Below are positions 25,616-32,000 of a DNA stretch of 32,000 nucleotides, in pieces. Every line of letters begins with the position of its first letter. Positions within the stretch are counted from its first letter, which is position 1. The position numbers and the translations under genes are program-made. Where the stretch lies: positions 1,230,001-1,262,000 of the forward strand of contig NC_003364.1 in the NCBI RefSeq assembly GCF_000007225.1, read 5' to 3'. Source of the DNA: Pyrobaculum aerophilum str. IM2 (lineage in GTDB: Archaea; Thermoproteota; Thermoprotei; Thermoproteales; Thermoproteaceae). The notes beneath the pieces were generated by a model. That model saw only the letters and a list, made by a program, of their open reading frames with translations. It ran no database searches and was not told the DNA's origin.

Positions 25616-25647
25616 ATGTGTAACATTATACGCAAGGGCTCCAGTGA

Positions 25648-28392
25648 CTAGTCCCAAAACGCCCTAGTAGCGGCGAATTGTTTTTCTGCGTCTATAATCG
25701 CCGCCCACAAGTCTTCGCCCTGAATTACTTTATTGAGAATCCGCACTGCCGTCTTGGGGCCGACGCCGTGTGCGAGCTGTACTAATACGCCAAGTCTGCC
25801 GTGTTCTAACACGAGAGATGCGCTGAGTTGCAAATACTCCAATATTTTCCTCTCCTCTGGATCAAGTTTTTGTTTTATTTTAAACTTTTTAATTACTTGC
25901 CTGGCCTTTTCTATATTAAAACCTTTAACTACTGCTAGAGCCTTTACGCCGCAGTTTTGGCACGAAATGTCTTCAGGCAACATAGAGGCCTTTGATATAT
26001 ATGACCACCCGCAGTTGAGACAGAGGAGAGTGGCGTATTTGTTCATAATTCTCTTTCTGGCCAAATCGGCTAAAGACTCCTTTGAGAGGCCCTTAAAGGA
26101 GAAGTCCAGTCGCAAAGCCTCTTCAAGAATGGGCTTTTCCAGCGCAGTGGGTTTTGCAAGCCTTCGAAATATAAGCGGCATTTCGCCACTTGCCACTTTT
26201 TCGAGTAGCGTGAAGAGGGCCTTTACGTCAAGTTTCTCAACGAAAATCTCGTTGAGAGTTTCTAACCCCGGGAGGTCATCAGAGTAGAGATCTGGCAATT
26301 TAGAGGGCACCTCCTCTGCGTCTTTTGACACGAGACCTACCCTCCTAGCCACTTGTAAGAATCTGTATCTATACATCTTAGAGCTTTTAACGGCGTTTTT
26401 AAGAGTGGTGTATACAAAGGGCTGGGGCTTTTTAAAAACTTCCTCAAGGGCTTGTACCGGGACGAAGTCTCTAAAAATTAAGAGGACTCTGTACGCATCT
26501 GATCTATACCCCACGGGCCCTACGTAGCCAGAAAGGGCGTGGGATAAGTAGGCCCCAAGCGCCTCGTTGCCCTTATGGCCAAGACAGCTGTGCACCACGG
26601 CGTATTTATTCCCAACAATGTGTATATGTAATTTATCTGGCCGCGGTATTAAATCCGGCGTAATCCCCTCCATATCAACTGGCCACTCCTCCGCGCCGGC
26701 TTTTAACAACGCCTCTGCTCGCCTTTTACAAACCTCTTGAGCTATTTCGTAGGGGACTGGTATCTGCTCCCCTAGCCACGCCGGCAGGGCGCCCGTCAGC
26801 TCAAAATCGGGATAGAGGTATACCACATCGCCTTCCCGCCTAATAAAAGTCCACACGCATCCCGACAGAACTATTTTCGTCCCCGGCTCTATGGAGTATA
26901 CAAATTCTCTGTCGAGCTCTCCCACTGCCTTCCCTGTGGTGTCGTCCACAGCTCTATAGCTCTTCTCGTCTGGAATTGTAGAGACGTTCTCAAAATAATA
27001 GCGAATACTCCCCTTCCTTGGCCTCAGCCCCTTGAGAAGCCCGTGTCTTTCGGCGAAGTCAATTACCAGGCGGAGATCGTCTTCTGTCAAATTCCGATAG
27101 GGGTGCGCCCTCTTCACCACGCGCGCTACATAGTGAATATCCGCATCCCTCCCGTCAAGCCGTCCCTCTAGGGCAATGCCGACAACTTGGTGCAAGAGGA
27201 CGTCTAAGGCGTTTTCGTGATATTCCACGTCTGTTTCAAGAACCCCCTTCACTGCCCGCTCGGCTATAACTTCAGACTCTAAATAGTCCTCTAAATCGGC
27301 GGCTATTACAATCCCTCTCGAAGTAAGGCCCAGCTTGTGCCCGCTCCTCCCGACTCTTTGAACAAGCTTTGCCACTTGTCTGGGACTGCCGTATTGCACC
27401 ACTAAGTCAATTTCGCCTATATCAATGCCCAGCTCAAGACTTGACGTAGCCACTACGGCCTTTAATTCCCCCCTCTTCAGCCGCTCTTCTACTGCGATTC
27501 TGTGATCCCTTGAAAGAGAAGAGTGGTGCACCTCCACAACGTCTCCCAAAATCTGTTTTAACCTCGAGGCGAGGAACTCCGCGCCGTCTCTAGTATTTGT
27601 AAACACCAAGACAGAGCCCTTGGAAGATTTTACGTACTCACCAACTCTTTTAATCCGCGCCACAGCCTCAGGAGTTGCGTCAAATTTCTCTGCGTCGATA
27701 TAATCCTCGTCTGAAGGCGTTGGCAACACCACTTCTATATCTAACTTCTTCTCCCCCGACACGTCCACTACCTCGACCCTCCTCCCCACGCCTCCCAAAA
27801 ACTCCGCCACAAGCCCCGGCGCCCCCACTGTGGCCGAGAGTCCAATACGTTGAAACTCCCCCGCTAGCTCAACCAGCCTCTCCAAGCCAACTGTCAGTTG
27901 TACCCCGCGCTTGCTGTTTATAAGCTCATGCACTTCATCGACTATTACAAAACGCACCTTTCTCAAACTCGGCCTAAGCCCTCTGTGAAGTAACAATATT
28001 TGTAAAGTCTCGGGCGTAGTTATTAACACATCAGGCGGCTTGCGCGCCAGCGATCTCCTCTCGCCCTCTGGAGTATCGCCGTGTCTCACCGCAATGCTAA
28101 CCCCTACTCTTTCAGCCAAGGCGAATAACCTGCGCAACAAGTCCCTGTTTAAGCTCCTAAGAGGCGTAATGTACAGACACTTAACGCCCCCCTCTCCTCG
28201 GCTTTCTAAAATCCGCGACAGAACTGGAAAAAACGCGGCCTCAGTCTTGCCAAAGCCCGTCGGCGCTATTAATAACACGTGCAAACCAGCCAAAATTTTG
28301 GGAATAGCCCCTATCTGCGCGGGAGTGGGCTCTGCATATCCCAGCTCTTTAATAGCCTTCTGCAACTCAGGGTGCAGAAGGTTGAAAACCAC
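25648..28392 (-). CDS. lhr: Lhr-type large ATP-dependent helicase (DEAD/DEAH superfamily 2)
   Basis: Motif I APTGFGKTEAA, motif II DEVH, motif III SAT, motif VI QRVGRSGH. A long C-terminal extension carries CLNCGW...CQNCG. GTG start. Confidence 0.9.
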   Translation of the reverse strand: MVFNLLHPELQKAIKELGYAEPTPAQIGAIPKILAGLHVLLIAPTGFGKTEAAFFPVLSRILESRGEGGVKCLYITPLRSLNRDLLRRLFALAERVGVSIAVRHGDTPEGERRSLARKPPDVLITTPETLQILLLHRGLRPSLRKVRFVIVDEVHELINSKRGVQLTVGLERLVELAGEFQRIGLSATVGAPGLVAEFLGGVGRRVEVVDVSGEKKLDIEVVLPTPSDEDYIDAEKFDATPEAVARIKRVGEYVKSSKGSVLVFTNTRDGAEFLASRLKQILGDVVEVHHSSLSRDHRIAVEERLKRGELKAVVATSSLELGIDIGEIDLVVQYGSPRQVAKLVQRVGRSGHKLGLTSRGIVIAADLEDYLESEVIAERAVKGVLETDVEYHENALDVLLHQVVGIALEGRLDGRDADIHYVARVVKRAHPYRNLTEDDLRLVIDFAERHGLLKGLRPRKGSIRYYFENVSTIPDEKSYRAVDDTTGKAVGELDREFVYSIEPGTKIVLSGCVWTFIRREGDVVYLYPDFELTGALPAWLGEQIPVPYEIAQEVCKRRAEALLKAGAEEWPVDMEGITPDLIPRPDKLHIHIVGNKYAVVHSCLGHKGNEALGAYLSHALSGYVGPVGYRSDAYRVLLIFRDFVPVQALEEVFKKPQPFVYTTLKNAVKSSKMYRYRFLQVARRVGLVSKDAEEVPSKLPDLYSDDLPGLETLNEIFVEKLDVKALFTLLEKVASGEMPLIFRRLAKPTALEKPILEEALRLDFSFKGLSKESLADLARKRIMNKYATLLCLNCGWSYISKASMLPEDISCQNCGVKALAVVKGFNIEKARQVIKKFKIKQKLDPEERKILEYLQLSASLVLEHGRLGVLVQLAHGVGPKTAVRILNKVIQGEDLWAAIIDAEKQFAATRAFWD

Positions 28393-28553
28393 AGCTTAAA
28401 AAGAAAACTAATTTAAAGCCTAATACTGCGGCGGTGCCCTCACTACGGCGAACGAAATTTCCACACCGCTTCCTTAACTCCCGCCTCCGATTCAATTGCT
28501 CTCAGAATAGTCCTCGGTCACAACGGGATTTAAAAAGCTGGTAAAGACGGGTT

Positions 28554-29159
28554 TTAATGGAGCCACTCTATAGAGCTCAGAATCTCTGGGACTTTAGCCC
28601 TCGCCTCCTCTCTCAGCTCATCGTAATAATTCCTCCCGGTGGAATCGATCATTACAGTTAACGGGCCGAAGTTTTCCACTTCTAATACCCACATGGCCTC
28701 GGCGATGCCTAAATCCAGCCAGTGGACGTCTACTACCCTCTTAATTGCCTTTGCCGCCAGCACGCCGGCGCCGCCTGTAAATATGGCGTATGCGGCTATG
28801 TGTTTCCTCATGGCTTCCGCCGTCCTCTTCCCCATGCCCCCCTTTCCCACCACAAGCTTTACCCCCAGCTTCTCTATGACGTCCGCTTGAAATGCCTCCA
28901 TTCTGGCGCTTGTAGTGGGGCCCATGCTTATAATCTCCCAGCCCCCGTCTTTTTTCCTCGCCACAGGCCCTGCGTGATATATCACGCCGCCTTTTAAGTC
29001 AACGGGCAGTTTTTCGCCCCTCTCCACGTATTCCAACATCCTCTTGTGGGCCGAGTCTCTGGCGCTGACAATTACCCCGCTTATATAAACGGTATCCCCC
29101 ACCCGTAGTTTAGAAACGTCCTCTGTTGTGAGGGGCGTTTTTAAATAATACGTCGGCAT
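28554..29159 (-). CDS. Class I (Fe-S) fumarate hydratase / tartrate dehydratase, beta subunit
   Basis: GDTVYISGVIVSARDSAHKRM, IYHAGPV and MGPTTSARME. Start placed at the internal Met (MPTYYLKTP...) because the 14-aa extension to 29201 runs into the divergent promoter region. Confidence 0.8.
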   Translation of the reverse strand: MPTYYLKTPLTTEDVSKLRVGDTVYISGVIVSARDSAHKRMLEYVERGEKLPVDLKGGVIYHAGPVARKKDGGWEIISMGPTTSARMEAFQADVIEKLGVKLVVGKGGMGKRTAEAMRKHIAAYAIFTGGAGVLAAKAIKRVVDVHWLDLGIAEAMWVLEVENFGPLTVMIDSTGRNYYDELREEARAKVPEILSSIEWLH

Positions 29160-29264
29160 GTAGATAATTGCCCTGTGCAATTTAAAGTTAAACAACGACA
29201 ATTTACGTAAACAGCATATCGAGGAGTATAGGAAAATGATATTAATAGAAACCAGTTTGTATAT

Positions 29265-30131
29265 ATGCTCGAAGCAGTCCTCCTCAAAGCCGCTAAAGAA
29301 GTCGTCGCTCGCGCCAGCGTCGGCCCCGCCCTAGATATAAACAACGCGCTTAAAAAAGCATATGAAATCGAAGAGGGAGAGGCGGCAAAGCTACAGCTCG
29401 GCGCCATATTGAAAAACATAGAGCTTTCCATCTCTGAAAACGCCGCAGTTTGTCAAGACACGGGGTTTCCCAATTTTTACATAAAACTAGGCGATAGGTT
29501 CCCCATTCGGAGTAAAATATATGACATATTAACCCAGGCAGTGCGTGAAGTGACTAAAGGGCTCCCCCTACGGCCTAATACTGTACACCCGTTTACAGAG
29601 AAAAACCCAGGGGACAACACAGGGGTAGGAGCGCCATGGTTTGAAGTCGAGCTTTTCGACGGCGACTACGTGGAGTTTTACTACGTCCCCAAGGGCGGGG
29701 GGACGGAGCTACCTAGCAAAGCCTTTACTCTACCCCCTGGAGTGGCCATGAAGGAGCTACCCCGCCTAGTGTTAGAGGCGGTAATAGACGCAGGTCCCAT
29801 GCCTTGCCCCCCCGTAATAGTAGGCGTTGGAGTAGGCCCCTCGGTAGACATAGCCGCGAAGCTGGCGAAAAAAGCCGCCGTTCTCAGGCCAGTGGGCAGT
29901 AGACATCCAGAGCCTGAAATTGCCAAGATGGAGGAGGAGTTGCTAAAAGCAATTAATAAACTCGGCATAGGGGTACACGGCGTAGGCGGCAAGGTGACAG
30001 CGCTTGACGTCCATATTGAATATGCATACCGCCATCCGGCGGCGTTTTCAATAGGCATAGTGTTTTCATGCTGGGCAACCCGGCGGGCTGGCGCAAGAGT
30101 ATATCCAGACGGGCGCTACGAGCTACTCTAG
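29265..30131 (+). CDS. Class I (Fe-S) fumarate hydratase / tartrate dehydratase, alpha subunit
   Basis: CQDTGFPNFYIKLG, VPKGGGTE and the PCPPVIVGVGVG signature regions. Confidence 0.85.
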   Translation: MLEAVLLKAAKEVVARASVGPALDINNALKKAYEIEEGEAAKLQLGAILKNIELSISENAAVCQDTGFPNFYIKLGDRFPIRSKIYDILTQAVREVTKGLPLRPNTVHPFTEKNPGDNTGVGAPWFEVELFDGDYVEFYYVPKGGGTELPSKAFTLPPGVAMKELPRLVLEAVIDAGPMPCPPVIVGVGVGPSVDIAAKLAKKAAVLRPVGSRHPEPEIAKMEEELLKAINKLGIGVHGVGGKVTALDVHIEYAYRHPAAFSIGIVFSCWATRRAGARVYPDGRYELL

Positions 30132-30284
30132 CGGCCCTCCGTATTTCTCCAACAGCTTTTCAACCGCATACCTCACCGCCTCGCAACGGTTGGGAAAAAA
30201 CCCTCTAGACACTAGGCGGTCAATTTTTCTAACCAGCGGCTTGGGCAAAGTCACCGTAGTCAACACAGTCCTCTCAATTTCCAC
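30123..30284 (-). CDS. Ribbon-helix-helix (CopG/NikR-type) DNA-binding protein, 53 aa
   Basis: Absent from the ORF track because it is under 60 aa. GTG start. MEIERTVLTTVTLPKPLVRKIDRLVSRGFFPNRCEAVRYAVEKLLEKYGGPLE shows the beta strand (VTLPKPLV) plus two helices typical of RHH. A TTTTAATAAAG box lies about 20 nt upstream. Confidence 0.6.
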   Translation of the reverse strand: MEIERTVLTTVTLPKPLVRKIDRLVSRGFFPNRCEAVRYAVEKLLEKYGGPLE

Positions 30285-30313
30285 ATATATAATTCAACTC
30301 TTTATTAAAAGTA

Positions 30314-30736
30314 ATGTGCGAACGGTCCCCCATTCCCACTCCGGTGTTTGTTATAGTAGTGGCAGATCACGGCGCCGTTGTGGGGTGGCCCGTGGTCATT
30401 CCGGGCGACCAGACAATAGTGGGCCTGCCGCTTCATAAAAGCAGGAGGACTCTCCAGTTAATACGGCGCGAAAAAGCCTTCTCGATAAACATGGTGGCTG
30501 ACGCAGATAGGGCTTATGAGATTTTCGGCAAGCCCGGCGATAAAAAACTGGAAAGGTGGGGCGCCGTCGCCGACTGCAAGATACTGCCGTGCAAGAGGCT
30601 GGGAGACGCCGCCAGAGTCGTCGAGTGTCTCTACGAGCGGGAGGTGGAAGTAAGTGACCACGTAATTGTATTTTGTAAAGCCGTTATTAGTTATGGCTGT
30701 GGCAATTATGCCGTGTGGGATCCTTGTAAGGCCTAG
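30314..30736 (+). CDS. Flavin reductase-like (FMN-binding split-barrel) protein
   Basis: PTPVFVIVVADHG...VVGLPLHKSRRTLQLIRREKAFSINMV resembles the flavin reductase-like domain pattern. Motif-level recollection only. Confidence 0.45.
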   Translation: MCERSPIPTPVFVIVVADHGAVVGWPVVIPGDQTIVGLPLHKSRRTLQLIRREKAFSINMVADADRAYEIFGKPGDKKLERWGAVADCKILPCKRLGDAARVVECLYEREVEVSDHVIVFCKAVISYGCGNYAVWDPCKA

Positions 30737-31014
30737 CCGCCCGCCGCAGGAGGGATAAACACCACTTCATCCCCCTCTTTTAACTCAGTATCGAGCCCTT
30801 TTAACCATTCGACAGCCCTCCCGTTCACCAGTATATTGTACATAGGCTTCAGCTGATTCCCTTCTTCCAGTAGCTCGCTTTTTAATTTTGGAAACTTCTC
30901 GTTTAGTATATCAATGAGACTTTTCACAGTTATGCCTTGGGGGACCTCTAACTCCGTCTTCATAACTCCAGTCAAGTCGTATAAAGTCGCCAAGAACTTC
31001 ACCCGTATTTTCAC
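30733..31014 (-). CDS. MoaD/ThiS-family ubiquitin-like small protein (SAMP-like)
   Basis: 93 aa with a beta-grasp-like pattern, ending ...GDEVVFIPPAAGG immediately before the stop. Confidence 0.75.
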   Translation of the reverse strand: MKIRVKFLATLYDLTGVMKTELEVPQGITVKSLIDILNEKFPKLKSELLEEGNQLKPMYNILVNGRAVEWLKGLDTELKEGDEVVFIPPAAGG

Positions 31015-31051
31015 AGTATAAATCGCATGCTACTTTATTAACTTTTCCCGC

Positions 31052-31465
31052 TCAAACGCTTTAAACACTTGGCGCCGCCAATGCTTCGGAGAGTCAGCGC
31101 CGACGTTTAGGGAGAGGGAGGTGGCTAGAAGGCTAGAGGACTACTACGTCCTTTGAGAAATGACAAAGGCTGCGAAAAGGGAGTTTGGGCGCCTCCTCAC
31201 TGACGGGCTTGGCATTGTGGAGGGCCTTGGAGTGGCCTTTTGGTGGGAGGGGAGGCAAGCCAATGTCGTGTTTCGTGACGTAGAGAAAGGCCTTCTATAA
31301 TGTGGGGGAAAAGATGGCTATGTTTTACGTGCACGGTACGCCCCATGGGGTGTACCTTAGATCCTAAGTCAAGGCACATAAGGGAGATGGGAGTAGTTAA
31401 AGCGGCATGTTAAAGGGCTCTCCCGCCAATTTTTCAAACCCTCGCGTAGGTTTAAAGCACTTTAT
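31052..31465 (+). pseudogene. Heavily degraded copy of the WWEGEW family (C-domain plus the start of the next unit)
   Basis: Across frames it reads SNALNTWRRQCFGESAPTFREREVARRLEDYYVL*EMTKAAKREFG ... AFWWEG ... MSCFVT* ... GEKMAMFYVHGTPHGVYLRS*VKAHKGDGSS*, followed by VVKAAC. It is collinear with ORF 20204-21043 and its junction. Confidence 0.6.
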
Positions 31466-31470
31466 AACTC

Positions 31471-31851
31471 CTAGCGTTCAAAATAAAAACACGGCGACGC
31501 ATATGCGCTTTCACAAACTCTTACCCAAGTGGCGCCCATGAGGTCGGCTATATGCTTCGCCAAACACTCGCCGCTGACGCCCTTCGCCTCGCAAGGTACT
31601 ATATACACCTCGTCGGCGCTTAAAGGCGTCTGCTCTGAGCTTGAAGCCAAATACTTGCCATCAAGTTTTGCAAGCAGTTCTTTAAACCTATCGCCGGCAG
31701 CAGAGGCGTCGACCACAACTTCGTGATATCCCTCTTTACATATCCCCACGGTTATGTAGTAGTCATGGCCGTGTACTCTACTCCATGTCGGCGAAAAAGC
31801 GGGTTTATGGGCCACTGAGATCGAGCCCCGTAATTCCACGCATGTGCGCAT
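31471..31851 (-). CDS. queD: 6-carboxytetrahydropterin / 6-pyruvoyl-tetrahydropterin synthase family protein (QueD-like)
   Basis: 126 aa with a zinc-ligand region HKPAFS...RVHGHDYYITVG, typical of the PTPS family. Confidence 0.65.
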   Translation of the reverse strand: MRTCVELRGSISVAHKPAFSPTWSRVHGHDYYITVGICKEGYHEVVVDASAAGDRFKELLAKLDGKYLASSSEQTPLSADEVYIVPCEAKGVSGECLAKHIADLMGATWVRVCESAYASPCFYFER

Positions 31852-31954
31852 GGCGCAAGCTTTTTGCCAATTAATAGTTCTTTTCCGGGGATCTGCCAGA
31901 GCTCTTGCTAATGTTTAAGTGCTAGGTTTTATTAAGGGGGGAGACATAAGCTCT

Positions 31955-32000
31955 GTGAGTGCCGTCGATATAGATACGGCAGAGGTAGTTGCCGAGATAT
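31955..32000 (+). CDS. 5' end of an unidentified gene (partial)
   Basis: GTG about 24 nt downstream of a GGTTTTATTAAGG box. Only 15 codons are visible (VSAVDIDTAEVVAEI). Confidence 0.25.
   Translation, partial: MSAVDIDTAEVVAEI

Noticed and set aside
25733-26287. 184-aa plus-strand ORF
   Set aside because: Antisense to the Lhr helicase gene.
29160-29201. 14-codon N-terminal extension of the fumarase beta ORF
   Set aside because: MSLFNFKLHRAIIY is not homologous-looking and intrudes into the divergent promoter region. The internal Met at 29159 fits the family N-terminus.
30190-30438. 82-aa plus-strand ORF
   Set aside because: It overlaps the better-supported RHH gene on the opposite strand and the start of the flavin-reductase-like gene. 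The sequence is not protein-like.
1-32000. Search for CRISPR arrays, rRNA genes, transposases or integrases
   Set aside because: No regularly spaced short direct repeats, no rRNA-like sequence and no recombinase motifs were seen by eye in any frame.

Overview
This 32 kb window looks like a crenarchaeal chromosome segment, most consistent with Thermoproteales and a Pyrobaculum-like genome. Supporting signs are leaderless genes with a TTTTAAA-type box about 25 nt upstream of the start, a tRNA with two non-canonical introns, an augmented Sm protein (SmAP3-like), and multi-copy paREP-like gene families. All calls come from reading the sequence and ORF translations; no searches were run. The housekeeping backbone comprises: an ABC permease; peroxiredoxin; an SDR; an FAD oxidoreductase; an amino-acid binding protein; a fragmentary ribosomal cluster (S14, S8, L32e, L19e, L18); tRNA-Thr(UGU); a family-B DNA polymerase; archaeal DnaG; MetAP; thermosome; an Rpo8-like protein; SmAP3; an Lhr-type helicase; a two-subunit class I fumarate hydratase; an RHH regulator missed by the ORF track; a MoaD-like protein; and a QueD-like protein. 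Three things stand out. (1) A comparatively AT-rich, tightly overlapping three-gene operon at 17039-19062 encodes a one-cyclin TFB-like Zn-ribbon protein, a minimal PilT/VirB11/FlaI-class ATPase and a small polytopic membrane protein, with no pilin gene nearby. (2) A 5.6 kb island at 19990-25615 holds a head-to-tail tandem array of an uncharacterised gene family (829-nt period, stop/start overlap ATGACAGTTAA). It sits divergent to a roughly 1350-aa modular, membrane-anchored ORF that is split by a single +1 frame change. Degraded copies of the same two families recur beside the tRNA-Thr 3' end (9133-10054) and at 31052-31465. (3) A 30-nt duplicate of the tRNA-Thr 5' half lies 636 bp upstream of the intact gene and brackets a small membrane ORF, which resembles an integration scar. 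A GNAT pseudogene and several gene-poor spacers are also present. No CRISPR array, rRNA gene or recognisable transposase was seen.
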